Shown: one piece after another, positions 25,442-38,450 of the stretch
How positions within the stretch are numbered: position 1 is the first letter of the stretch
Layout of the letters: each line of letters opens with the position of its first letter
Source of the DNA: Vicugna vicugna
Lineage: Eukaryota
Direction of reading: 5' to 3'
Length of the DNA stretch: 64,000 bases
Assembly: GCA_013265495.1 (NCBI GenBank)
Contig: MU058387.1
Coordinates: forward strand, 992,001-1,056,000
Position numbers and translations under genes: made by a program
Notes under the pieces: model-generated
Seen by the model: the letters and a program-made list of their open reading frames with translations, nothing else
The model's database searches: none
Told to the model about the DNA's origin: nothing

Positions 25442-25616
25442 GGGGGGCGGGGAAAGGTATAGCTCACGTGGGAAAGACTATCCTTAGCATGCATGAAGTC
25501 CTAGGTTCAATCCCCAGTACCTCCTCCAAAAATAAATCAATAAGTAAACCTAATTACCCCCCTCTCCAAAAAAATAAATAAATACATTCAAATAAATAAA
25601 TAAATAAATAAATAAA
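25442..25616 (+). mobile_element. Camelid tRNA-derived SINE (Vic-1 type)
   Basis: tRNA-like head ggtatagctca (A box) ...ggttcaatcccc (B box), then agtacctcc, aaacctaattacc and an (AAAT)n tail. Flanking direct repeat aagttcct at 25434-25441 and 25617-25624. Confidence 0.85.
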
Positions 25617-26428
25617 AAGTTCCTTCTGGAAGTGGCGGGTCCCTGTGTATCTGGAATACGAAACTGTTGAGGCCAGAATCCCAAACCCAGCCCTCACCTG
25701 CAAGAGACCCCCGTCCTCCATTCCTTATGCAGGAAGCACGTTCCCCATGGCTTGTCCTGACTTTCCCTTTATGTGATCAGGGGGATTGTTCCCAGACTCC
25801 CCGTGACAGATGGGAGATCTCTTGTCTCTCTTGATAACCTGATTTTGACAAACAACCCTGACAACTCCCATTGGCTCCCCACGACTTTACTGAAGCACGT
25901 ACGTGTGCTTGGTATAGCTTTGATTCAAGTTTTAACCAATTTGAGGGATGAGTCCTGACTTCTAATTAGAGTGTAGTAAAAAAAAAAAACAACAAGCACT
26001 CATATATACCCTGACTCAGCCCAGAGCCGGGGTCCCGCAGTCCTAATGCCTGTGGGTGAGAGGACCCTGGACCTGCCTTGCGTTACCTCCAGCTGGGTTG
26101 TAGGAGGTAACTTTACTTCCCAGAAGCCATTTGGCTTGACTCTAATTAATACTTCACCTAATCTTCTAGTAATACCATTAATTGTTCACAAGCCGACGAT
26201 TTAATCAACACTCTGCTCACAGGCAAAGTTTTCTCTTTTTTTTTTTCCTCTCCACATTTTTTTGTGCTCTGACACAGTGCAAACTTAGGCAAGTATGTCC
26301 CAATTGCTTTGTTTCCATGTAATTTAACAGCAAGACATTATTTTCTCATAAGAGGTGCTTTGAATTTTTACTGCTAATGAATAAATTAACTAAAAAAGGT
26401 TAATCTGCCTACATGTTTATGAAACATT

Positions 26429-26436
26429 ATGCAAAT
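26429..26436 (+). promoter_or_regulatory. Octamer (POU) site within an enhancer-like block
   Basis: Exact ATGCAAAT in a repeat-free, TAAT-rich context. Motif match only. Confidence 0.35.
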
Positions 26437-27046
26437 CGTTCTTTGAAAGGTTTAATGGTAATTGAAAGCAATTGAAAACCATGGTACATTTCCCCCAATT
26501 TTCATTTATTTTTATTTTCTTTCAAGTGTATAGATTACACAGATTTTTACATTTTACAGATGTGTATGTAGAGGGGATTTTGTGGGGTTTTGATACCAAT
26601 TCTATGGTTTAAGTACATTAATACAAACATTCAGGGCCTCCGTTTTTGATCGGGAATAGCACTGACTTCCGTAGTTAATTCCAAAGCAAAGCTGTAAACA
26701 TGAAAAGAATCTGTGTGATTAATATTATTACAGTGAGCAGCAAGGGAAGTAATCATGTTTAGACACTCATTGTAAAGCTTTGACAAAATGGTTGTTGCAT
26801 TGAGTTCAAATTGCGCACGGTTTCTGACCGGCCATTCACTTTGGAGGTATTCCATGTGAATGGCACAGACAGATGCTGAAGGGTGAAAAGACGTGGATCA
26901 CTAAATATTCATATGAATGTCACTTTGTAAGGCAACTTTGGCCTAATAAAAGGCCTATTTTTCCACCTCACTCTTCTCTTTTCTGCAGTGAAGATGGCCT
27001 GACTTACTGACTGGTAAGAGCATTTTAGAAAGGAAAATGGGAACTC

Positions 27047-27050
<4 letters not shown>

Positions 27051-27078
<28 letters not shown>
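27051..27078. repeat. (TG)14 microsatellite
   Basis: Perfect run read directly from the sequence. Confidence 0.97.
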
Positions 27079-27080
<2 letters not shown>

Positions 27081-27339
27081 TGTGTATAGGGGTTATCAGA
27101 GGGCATGCATTGGGGATGACATACTGAAATAAAAAGAAAACCACAATTTACCCATTTGAGTCTGAAATGCTACATATCAGAGAATCTGAAGACATGACTG
27201 GCTGATTAAGTCTATATCACAATTATTAAAAAGTGTATTACATAAAATGATCTTCATCCTTTTTAATCTCAGGACAATTTTACAGTCTTCAAAGTTATTG
27301 AAGACCCCAAAGAGCTTTTGCTTATATGTGTTAAATCTG

Positions 27340-27500
27340 ATAGTGCACTGGTGAACAGTTTAACCGTAGGCTCTCTAGGGGAGAAACAAAGTCGTAGAAT
27401 TTGTTGGTATCTGTGCTGTAAATATGCCCATAATGACTGGCTGCAAGCTACCAACATAAGGTCACTGATGTCAGCTGGTGTCAGCTCCAGCACACAACAG
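27340..27500 (-). mobile_element. MER63-like (hAT-Blackjack) element
   Basis: gtgcactggtgaacagtttaac...caagctaccaacataaggtcactga...gctccagcacacaacag. Confidence 0.7.
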
Positions 27501-27540
27501 TTGCCATATTGGAATTTAAAACTCACGAGTTAAAAAATAT

Positions 27541-28083
27541 CAAGGAAAAGAATGATGGGTTGCTTTAATTCTCCCTTTCCTTCTATGCATCACCACCACT
27601 CAGTGTAAATGTTTGGCTAATACAGGGAAGCAACAAAGGTAAGAAAGGATATGATCGAGTTCTTTGGCTGTTACTGTTTCCTAGAATGCTTTTGCTTTCT
27701 GCCTGCATTTAAGGCAAGCTCTGATTCAAAGAGAAAGCATGTCCATTCAGAGCTGTCAGCCAACAGTCTCTCCAGACCTGAGTCTTAGAGGTAACGTGCT
27801 CACCTTGCACCTGCTTTGGCTCTGGCTGGACTCCCATGCATGTGGGCCTGCTGAATTCTGTGCTCACACGGCACTGTGAAGGCTCTATACAAATGGAGTG
27901 GCCATGAATGTTGTACCAATGATCAAGTTCCATCAACCCATTGGACTTCTGCCATTAAACACAAGTTCAAAGATAAAATAAAAATATTTTAAGATGGTGA
28001 CAGCAGAGCATTTAGCGCAACCTGGAGCCCTTCTGGGTACAGAACTCTGTACCACTGCCCACACATCCACGAAGCCAGTCCTG
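27541..28083 (-). mobile_element. MER45-family (hAT-Tip100) element
   Basis: aagatggtgacagcagagcatt...gcccttctggg...cgaagccagtcctg is the reverse complement of the MER45 5' end CAGGGCCGGCTTCATGG. Confidence 0.75.
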
Positions 28084-28709
28084 AAAATACCGATAACCAA
28101 CCCATGCCATATCCATGTAAGTATTTTCATGAAAAATAACTGTGTTTTCAAAAAATATTGTGGGGAAGTGACTTTTTTAACTTTTGCAAATATCTTTAAG
28201 GTCTAATTTAATAAAAGACAGCTGGAATTTCATACCTGTTTCTGTAGTGAATTGCTTGCAATATCTTGTTTTTGTTGAGGTGTTTAAAGAATATCTGGCC
28301 TTTCACAAACATGCGGTTGTGTAATGTAGGAGTATTTTAATAACCTTGTCAGAAATTTGTGGGTATTTTTATTTGAAATTGTACTAGAATTCAATAAATT
28401 GGAAAACACTGGCTCATTGAATTATGCAGATATTACAAATTTTGACACATTTCATTGTACAGTCTTATCAAAAGCTGTCAAGCTCACAGTGACTGATACA
28501 AGATTTCAAAATTTATAATAATTTTTGTTCAAAACTCAAATTGTATCATTGACAACGCATGTCAGCTGTTTTACTTGAAATGACAAGATGAGGCTTCGTT
28601 TATTTTTGAAAAAAATATCTGCCTAATACTTATGTCTGGACAAGGCCAATTTGTCAATCATTTTTCCAAGTAAAAATTGTGTACCATGAAAAAAGAGACT
28701 AGTTCAGCT

Positions 28710-29275
28710 GGCAACCTAAATGTCCATTGACAGATGACAGGATAAAGAAGTTGTGGTATATTTATACAATGGAAAACTACTCAGTCATAAAAAAGAATAA
28801 AATAATGCCATTTGCAGCAACATGAATGGAACTGGAGACTCTCATACTAAGTGAAATTAGGCAGAAAGAGGAAGAAAATACCATATGACATCACTTATAT
28901 GTGGAATCTGAAACAAATGAGACAAACTTATTTACAAAGCAGAAACAGACTTACAGAAATAGAAAACAAAATTATAGTTATGGGGTGTTGGAAAGGGGGG
29001 CAAGGGATAAATTGGGAGTTTGAGATTTACAGATACTAACCACTACATATAAAACATAAAAAACAAAGTTCCACTGTATAGTACAAGGAACTGTATCTAA
29101 CACTTTGCAATAGCCTATAATGAAAAAGGAGATGAAAAGAAATATATATGTGTGTGTGTATATACACATATATATGTATATGTACACATATATGCATAAC
29201 TGAATCACTATGCTGTATACCAGAAACCAACACATTGTAAATTGACTATACTTCAATAAAAAAATTAAAAAAAAA
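28710..29275 (+). mobile_element. 5'-truncated young L1 (ORF2 end, 3'UTR, polyA)
   Basis: gcaacctaaatgtccattgacagatg...aataatgccatttgcagcaaca...gggataaattgggagtttgagattt...cttcaataaaaaa. Same subfamily signature as the copy at 21115-21680. Confidence 0.93.
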
Positions 29276-29339
29276 CAGCTCAACACAGACAGGAAAGCTT
29301 TACAGGAATTTGGAAATAAAGGATACTTGATTAAATGAG

Positions 29340-29530
29340 GGCTTTCTCATCAGAGACCTCTGACTTCTTAACCCTGCTCTGACACTGGCCATGTGACATG
29401 GCATAAGTGTTGAAACTCTCTAACCCTCAAAATGAGGATAAAAATGCCTACCTTGTGAGTGACGACTTTATGAGTTTTGACTAACAGAGCATAAGGTAAG
29501 CCCTAGTACAGGGCCATTTCTACTAAATAA
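29340..29530 (+). mobile_element. MIR SINE
   Basis: ctctgacactggccatgtgacatggcataagt...aaaatgaggataaaaatgcctaccttg. Confidence 0.7.
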
Positions 29531-31724
29531 GCAGAGGGCCCTTCTTCGTAGTTGTGAGTCTGGTGCTAACTGCAGGCCTGAGATCAGAATCCTTGTTGTG
29601 ATGACCTTTTCCTTGACTCTGAGAGTTTACACAATTGTGGAAAAACAGCCTGAAAGAATAGGACTCTTTACATGTTCACATCTGGGGTTTGCTTTCCTTC
29701 TCCCCTCCAGTCTAATAGCTGAAACCTGGGAAAAACCAAGAGTGTTGAAAGACAAGGAAGAATGAAAATAGTTTATCCATTCTCTACAACTCAGAGCAAA
29801 AGATGTGTTGTTACTGTTTTGATGAATTGAAAGTTTGTGATGTTTCAGAACACAGTTCTCCAAATTTTGGGCTAGCAAATGTCCGTGTCATGTGGCTACT
29901 GATTTTCTGCAGAAAGGAGACAGGTGGAGTAAAGTTTTCAAAGAAGACTTGATGTTTACATTTGAAGTATCATCCATGTGCCCTGAAGCCTATAGCAGCT
30001 CGAAGGGGGCTGTATTTTCTCCTTCTAGGGAGTCAGTAATGAAGAAGTAGACTGACTGGCCTTTCACAGTAAACTAGATTGTAGGCAGAAAATTGAGGCA
30101 AAGAAATGTGAGTGCATTTCATACCACTCAAAGAAAAATTCAGTGATGGAACTGGATGTGAAACAACTTTTGGGTATCATTAATCTTGCTGCTTAATATT
30201 TAGCCACTGTTCTGAATACAGGTACATGTTTTGCTTGCCAATACATTGCCTGTAGATTTGAATAATTTTACCTATATGATTGAAAGTAACACTGTATATA
30301 TTTAATATTTCATAGCACTCCTATTTTCCTCATGATAGCTGCTTGGAAACCAAGAGAAAGAGAATGAAATGAAAGGTACTGCAAGCTGGAAACAAGCAGA
30401 GAAATTCATATTATCAAGTCAAAGAAGTTAGGTGAATTCAAAAATTGTTAACAACGATGTTAACACAATATGCAAAAGAGACTGACTTTCATAGAGTGCT
30501 CTGAAACCTTAAAAGTAAAATAAATGTAAATATTTAATTTAAATGTTAAAATCCTAAAGCATAGAAAACAATGTCGGTAATCTGGAGAGAAGAGATGTCA
30601 CCGTTGCTACTTTCGGTGACTCAGATGGATGGCAGTGTTGTCAGAGTACTTCTATCGCATTTACTTTTGACAGCTAGAATTGTGATTTTAGTTTCAAACT
30701 GAGATAGAAGCTTCAAATAATTCACTACTTCATGTTTAATTCAGTATTCAGTTTGAAATAATCTGTAAGTCACATACTGTAAAGGTGTGTGTTTGTGAAA
30801 CATGTCTTCTGTTTTACTGCTTTCACAAAACTTAATCTGTCACACGAATATTTTGAGATTTGGTTGACTTTCCAAACTGTCTTTGCAGTTTTTCAGTCAT
30901 GGTGGTCTCAAAATCCAAACCATCCGAGCCTCTGGTTTCATTTTCACACAACACATTGGACTGTACACAGTCTCCTGATGTCAGAGAATAGATTGGATGT
31001 GCTCCCTGTCATGCATCAAAATAAACTCCTAGAAATAATAGGGGTTTCATTTAAATAAGAAAAATTACAATTCTCCATAATCTTTTTCTTTTAATTTCTT
31101 TTCCTAACTCATAAAACCATGAACCAATGTGAATGTTTAGCTTCCCTTCTGGTCTGATTTCTTTCATGCCAAGTGATGCCCAAGGGAGTATTTCCCCTGG
31201 TGCTATAATGGGAAACTTGGCAGATCTTAATATATCACTGCAATGTTTTTCTCAATTATATACTCTTTTCCCTGTATTTTTTGGACATATTTCAGATGGT
31301 CTTGACCATTAAGTTTCTGTAAATGAATCTTTTTCAGAAAGTTCCTTAACAATCCCGTGTACAGCAATTTAATAGCTTCACAATAGACTCTATTATCAAG
31401 ACAGACAAATTTCCAGTTGTTGAGTATGTAAAGATGTTATATAGAGGTGACTCTGGTTGAAATTACCTGATGGGGTTATGCTAGATAAACAATTACATTT
31501 TCTGATCTCTGTCTACTTCCGAACTCCATTGTTGAAGGGGTTTGAACAATGGAGTGGCATTTCTGGAAAGACAGAAGGATGAGACCAACGACCTAAGGAA
31601 ATGGCTAAAGATTACTTGAAGTCCTACGATAGACAATGAATGATAACTTTGAGTTTTATTCTTGATTATTCTATATATTGCATGCCTTATTGTATCATTC
31701 TGACATCCTGGCTCTATGTTTTCG

Positions 31725-31950
31725 TTTACTCATTCATGCAACAGCTATTTTGGGTGTCTGTCCCTTATGTGCTAGGCAGCATCCAGTTTTAAGGAGGGAG
31801 CACAAACAATGATTAAACAGGACAATTAAAATAAGTAGTGACAAATATCAAGAAAGATATGTGTACAGACTGTGGTCATATAGTGAAAGAACAGTGAACC
31901 CAGACTTGGAAATAAAGCATGGTTCTGTGAGAAAAGTTACAGCTACACAG
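31725..31950 (-). mobile_element. L2 LINE 3' end
   Basis: tttactcattcatgcaacagctattttgggtgtctg...tatgtgctaggca. Confidence 0.6.
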
Positions 31951-34900
31951 AATTTTAATGTCTCAGGGATGTTTAGGACTAGTTGCAGTGACTTAGCATG
32001 GGGGAATTTTTAATCACACGTAGGACCTTTTGCCATGAGATGAGTAGTCAATTAATAGGATAGAAGGGAATGGTCTGTGTGCTGTCAGTCAATTTATTTC
32101 AGCCATCTTCAGAGACATAAATAACCCTACAGATTCAAAATGCCCTTCAATTGCCTTTGGATATGTGTGTAAGAGAATACAATTAGTTCTTATTTAAAAT
32201 TGCCTGGAACACCCTCTGCCTTTGAAGAGGAAGGGAGGTGGTGGCAAATTTTTTCCATTGGAAAATAATTTCATATGATTTTGTACAAAAAGATTAATGA
32301 GTAGTGGGAAGAAAAGGCTAAGCCTTCAGTCTTCTACTGATTCTTCAGTACTGATAAATTATCAGAATAAAAAAAAAGCAAATTTTATTGAAAGCATATT
32401 GGAAACATAAAGATAGACCCAGAAAACTAAGCAAGAGAAAGATATGTAGTGAAGCATCATAAGGGAAGGGATGAGCAGTTTGGATAGGTGGCCAAAGCCA
32501 TTTAAGAATGAAGATATCTATGACTTACTTTTAACTTGTCTGGGTTTAGTGATTCCATATCTTGATATGGCACACTCTTTACCAAGCCTGCTAAACACAC
32601 AAATGTCTTGGTTTTGAGAAAAGTGGAAGAGTAGGGCTGACTTTCACACATGGTTTAGTGTGGAGCAGAGCAAAGAGACACACGAGACACACAAGGCACC
32701 AATGAATCACATGGTATCCTGAGCAGGACCTGGGGCGTCACAAGGGATGTGGGTCAGGGGATTCAAGTCAGTTTTGCACAGCTCTCAAAGGTAAGATGAC
32801 CTCAGCTGGCATCTGGTTGCCACAGAACCTTTGAAGAACACAATGCGAAGTTTTTACATATCAAAGACAATGTTAGAGGGTCAACTTTCAAGTGTGTGTG
32901 TCAGCGAAGGGGAGTAGCCGTGGCAATAGTCTCAAACTGTTCATCTGCATTGTAGAAATATGGTGATTAATGTTTGGTTTTAAATATATTTTTCAGCTGA
33001 CTTAACTCTTAATTGCATTTTGCTTAGGCTCATGTTAAAGTGTTTTTTATTTCCTGGCACACTTGGCTAGGCACCAGGCATAGACTCAGCTGTTTTCTAA
33101 ATGGTATATTATCTTAAAATACGCGACTGGAAATTGGCTGAATTTTGAGTATTGCATTTTATTCTTGTCGATTCAAACGGTTTACTTTGCTGAAAAGATC
33201 TTTGATCAGCCGTCTCATGCATGGGCTGAAACCAACTGAATATATATATTTTGATTCCCCAACTATCAGATAAGTGTTAATGTTCCCTAAACAGTTGTTT
33301 TGATTACAGACCACACTTATACAAACAGCAAGTGTGACTACACACTTTAAGCTTACTAATGTGTTGAAGAATACTTTAGTTCGTAAACAGCTCCAAACAC
33401 AATTCATGATTCCATTGCATTTTTCTGCCTGTTTGCAACTCTTTCAGGGTTAGAGAAATGGGAACAAATATTTGTGTTCCATGACTTTAGAAAACCGATG
33501 CTGGACTAAGATTCTGGTAGGAATATTGTCTAGTCTTTTCACTATGATAACAGCAGCAGTCAAGGCTCCCCAAAACCGAACAGAATCAAATAAGCCAATT
33601 TGCTTTTTAGCCTTCAAATCGTTTACTTTTTGCATTTCATTTAGTTGGGTCCATAAAAACATCCAGGTCTTTCCCAGTGTGGTCAGGTTTTTATTTTATT
33701 ATTCAAAAAAATTTAGTTTTTCACGTTTAGCATGAACTTTAAACCACTGTCAGTGGGCCTCCAGAAGGGCGTTGCAAGATTTAAATAAAACCAGAGTCTG
33801 TTTTCATTTAACACCAAAAATAATCTCATCAGAGTTTTATTCTTATTAGGTTTTATAGCTCTTCAATCTCCACTCTTTTGTGAGACTGAAATTATGGACC
33901 AAAGCTGCGTGGTCAATGTCTTTTTTAATTTTGAAAGCACGCTATAGAAGCAGCTGACCTGTAGCCCATACCATTTGGGTGTGAGCATGTCATTTAGAAG
34001 ACGCTACTGACTGCATCAAATGCCCACGGATGCATTTGAGAATGCGAGCGTCTCCAGACTCATCACCACACTGCTACCCACATGCAAATAAAAATCCTGA
34101 AGAACTAGTCGTACATGAAGGTTAACTCAGCTTGATCCTCATGAAACCTCCTGTTTCCTTGATTTGGATTTGCTGATTCAGAGCAAACTTTGTTTGGTAT
34201 GGCGAATAGCAAACTGAAAGGAGAAAGCCGGAGGTGATGACTCTAAATAGCCTAGAATAGTGTCAAATGTTTCTGGGTCCATGTCTCTCCTAAGGGTCTC
34301 TAAGAACCTTTAAATCCTGGATAACTTCTGGGCACTTTAGTTCAGCCTTGAATTGTATTTAATTGAAAAATGGAATGAGGAAATAGCGGAAAGCAAAACT
34401 GATGAGATTTCCATGGTCAAAGAACGCTAACTCATTTGATTTTCCTGAAATTCTAGACACAAAGCAATTCCACACACATTGCTAGATGTTGCCTGTGGCT
34501 TGTATTAGAAATGTCACTTGGCTGAAGCCCTTTGAGGGTATTACATATGTGTACAATATAGCGTTGCTCCTCTAGGGTAGAGGATTTCATTGTATGATCA
34601 ACAGCCCGGGACTCCTGCACTGAACTCGAAAAAATACCGGTTTGTCAAAGTGGCTGCTGTACTCTGCAAATGTATTCAATCCAAATTTTATTTTTTTTTC
34701 TGAATTCTTCTCCTTAGGTGTGTATTCTCCCCAGACTTGCATCATGGTGTTCACTGAGAGAGCAGCATGTCTCTAATTTAAATGAAAAATGAGCAATTTA
34801 ATTGGAAAGGAGAAGTGGAGTCTGCACACCATTCACGGACCCCTCCTGAAAGCAGCACCAAGCTACAAGACACAGGAAAAAATCTGAATCAGCACTGTGA

Positions 34901-36789
34901 AAGTCCAGTCCCCAAGCCTTGCTTCCCCCTCTTATGTTAGTTAGTTCTCTGCTTTCTCAACTCACTCACTGTCTCAACATTAGAATCTCTTCTATTTGCC
35001 AAACTTGTGCTAATTTCAGTGAAGAAATCAAAGGAGTGAAAAACACTGTTCTGTTCATCAAGAAATTGTGAGCTAGTTTTTGTACAGAAATAATCCCAGC
35101 ACAAAATCATAAACAGCGACAGTTTACAAGTGATGTTAGAAACACCTGTATGTGAATAGGTTTGTGGACGTGTATGCACAACATATAAACACATCATCTT
35201 TTCATCCTTTCACAAACTGATGTAGATATATATTTGTACAAATAAATTATCACTTCATATTATGCACACAATTGTCAATAATAATAGTACCATGAATTAA
35301 GCTATTTGGCCTCCCCACCAAACTATCGTAAGATAAATATAATCTGCTTTGAAAGCAATCTCATCCATTTTCCTACTCCTTTTATTTAGTTATTCTGCTT
35401 AGTGTAGAACCAGAAATGGCTGTGTCCATTGTGCCTTTTGAACTTTTCTTATTTTCTTGCCATAGGCGTAAAAGAACATGGTATTTTATTAGATGGAGTC
35501 ATGCAGTGTGAACATTCCCTCTGATGGCCCAGCTGGAAATCCAGACTAGATACTTGGAATTCCTATTTCTTGCGGGACTGAAAAGCCACAACCTACAGGT
35601 TTTCAGAGGAGAATCAGTTCTGGAGAAAGACAACATATTCAGATTGCTGGAGGAAGTTATAACGTTTCATCTGGGACATCCTGAAAATGTACAGTGAGCT
35701 GAAAGAAAAATCAAATGGTAGCATCAAGGGAGAGTTCGTCAAGAGATGAGCCTTGGCGTGTGGTCCAACAGGAACGGACACTCCATCATGTGGGAAGGAG
35801 CCACCACCATGCTCCTTCTCCCTTTATTTGAAGACAGTGCTTTTTGAAAGTTATCAATGAGCAAATAGTATATTGTCAGTGAATGCTAATTGATCTTACA
35901 AACATGCACCTATCAGATTGCAGCGATAGTCTGTAAACACCTTGAGATCAGTTAATGGACAAGACACGTGTTCTCTTTGTGATTAACATACTTTGTATCA
36001 ATGCCTCCCGACATGCCCTTTTTAAAGCACTACTTGTTTTAATAATGAAAAGATGTCTGTGATGCTAAATGAGGAGGTGATGAAAGGATTCCTGTTGGAG
36101 GGATGATCAGCAAGCATATGAAATACTGTCATATGCTAATTTGAGGTCAGTTATAATTTTTCAAGGAAAGCAAAATCGTCACAGTGAAAATTATGGGTTA
36201 TGTTCAGAAAAGGTCAGCGTGTTTAGAGTATAAACTTTGTGTAGGGAAGTAATGGAGTGAAATGGCAGATCCACTCCCAGAATCTCACCTCCTAGAGCTT
36301 ACCATCCTTCTTTCTAGATTCTAGAGAGACTAGTCTATATATTTAATTCAATTTATGTCCCTTAAAAATATAGCACATGCATGCACTTTTCTCTACTGGC
36401 CATTCACTGGTGGAAAAAAAAAACAGAGAGGTAAGTGCCTGCTTTCATAGAATTTCAACTCTAACGTGTGTGCTTAGGGGTTGGGGTGGAGAAGAAGCAT
36501 GTGGACTAACAATAACGAATTAACTAATTAAAATATAGCACATGGAAGATAATGTCCGGGAGTCCTTGTTATTCTGAACAGGAGATTGTAGTCCCTATTC
36601 TCACATTGTTGGGCAGCCTCGGATCAGAGTATGATAAATGGGGCTGGGCTGGAAAGTGTTTTAGCAACTAAAGAAGTTTACTTATGAGTTGGAGTCAACA
36701 GGAAGTGTCATCTGATGACCTGAATCTCAACTGAGGAAAGAATATTATGGAGACAAGAGAAGCCTAGAGGAATTGAAATATCAAAATAT

Positions 36790-37290
36790 CTTTTAAAATA
36801 CGTAGCAAATGCATATGTACCTTGGACTGTTTTAGGATTTAGCAATGATGTAAACAGAAAACCCTCTCCCCTCTAAAGTATACCCTGTGGACAGGGAGGG
36901 AGGGGTAAATACACAGATCAATCAGTCATTCACATATATAGTAGACTATGGAATGTGTGAATTACTAGTAAGTGCTCTAGAGAAGGACAAAACAGGGAAG
37001 GGGATGGTAATGCAGAGATGGTGGTGGTACAATTTTAAAAGGGATGGTCAGGAAACAGTTCACTGAAGTGGTGACATTTAAGGAAAAGTCTGAAGGTGTA
37101 GTCTTGTGAATGTTTTTGGGAAGAGGTTCCAAGCAGGAAAACAACAACAAAAACCCCAGAAAAGTAGACGGCTCCTTGTGCCTGGCGGGTTCAAGGAAGC
37201 ACGTGAGGATTCACGTGGTGGGAGGAGTGTGAGCAAGGGAGCGATTAGTGGGCCCTGAAATCAGAGAACACTGGCCAGCCAGGTCATGGG
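36790..37290 (-). mobile_element. L2 LINE
   Basis: tagtaagtgctctagagaaggacaaaacagggaagggg...gatggtcaggaaa...gtggtgacattta...gttccaagcagg. Confidence 0.8.
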
Positions 37291-38189
37291 AGTGAAATTG
37301 CTCAGTTAAGAAACTTACTTATGTTGGTATTTTTAGAGGTTATTTATTTATATTCATCAATGCCTTCCTGGTAGTGACTGAGCTAGCATCTTGCCCATAC
37401 TAAGGATCCAGTTAGAAGACTGAGAGGTCAGCCATAAGATGGTCTAATCAGTTAGAATGTTAGCTGAGGGCTGCAGGCACAGGGTGGAAAGGTGTCTAGT
37501 GCTTGTTCTATTTTCCTGGCTGTGTTAAAGGTACCATATGGGTGATCAAAGGAAAGTTATAGGAAATTCACTATTTTCCTCCAAACAACCAAAAGGGCTG
37601 TGATCTCACTGTTGAGTTGACGTGTTTACTGCAAAAATGATCCACTTGTTTCACGTACCTTACAAGGTAAGGGGTACTATTTGCATCATTCTGATGGACA
37701 TTCAACAATGATTATAAAGATGGCCGCAGCTAGAGGTTTTGGTTCTAAGTGCAAACAGTGGTGAGAGAATATTTTGAACCCTACCTTTTATGCAATTATG
37801 TATCTGGAGAATTAAAGAGTGTGCATTATGGATTCTGAAATACTGGCTGATTATTTTATTTAAATACATACTAAATTAATATTTTAAACAATTATAATCA
37901 ATGGAATGCTTTTCGCTTTGCAAATGAAAATTAAGTAGCTTTCTTTAAAAAATATATGGGATAGCTGAAATATGAGCACTTATTATGGGATCTGAAGAGT
38001 TTATAAGGATTAATTTTGGGTCTAAAGATCAAACAACTTATCAGACTAGTTGGAGTCATCCTAACCAAACTAAGCTGATAAAATCAAAAGGAATCTGGAG
38101 CAATAGATTTTTGAAGAAATGTTTTGGCTCTTATATAAAAAACTAAGTGAAAGATTTTTATATACCAGTCTCTGGTGTGTTGAAAAGAA

Positions 38190-38450
38190 CATGAAATGAG
38201 ATGACAGGAACTCTGAGTTCTGTGTTTGGTGATTTTGTTAACCAACTGATGTGACCTTTGAAGAAGACTAATGTATCTCTTCCTGGTTCCTCATCCATAA
38301 AGCAACTCCCCTGACAGTGCTTACACTGGATCTGTGTCATTCTAAGTATTTTGTGTATACTATCTCATTTAATCTTCCTCCTAATTAAGAGGTTAAATAA
38401 AAGTATTATGCTATTTCTGAGGGTTTTTTTCTAGCTCTAAAATTTCAGTT
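38190..38450 (+). mobile_element. MIR fragments
   Basis: gagttctgtg...gatgtgacctttgaagaagactaatgtatctcttcctggttcctcatccataaa. Confidence 0.55.

Larger units (their letters stand above)
27258..28709. mobile_element. hAT-Charlie DNA transposon, fragmented by nested insertions
   Basis: tctcaggacaattttacagtcttcaaagttattgaagaccccaaagagcttttg matches a Charlie-type end. The element resumes at about 27503-27540 and 28084-28709. Confidence 0.7.

Noticed and set aside
25442..25525. tRNA-like sequence with A and B boxes (also at 45990-46067)
   Set aside because: SINE heads: they are followed by SINE body, A tails and TSDs, and the cloverleaf pairing is degraded.
34690..35490. Strong plus-strand acceptors (ttcttctccttag at about 34717; ttttcttgccatag at about 35465)
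   Set aside because: No good matching donors or ORFs; likely pseudo-splice sites.
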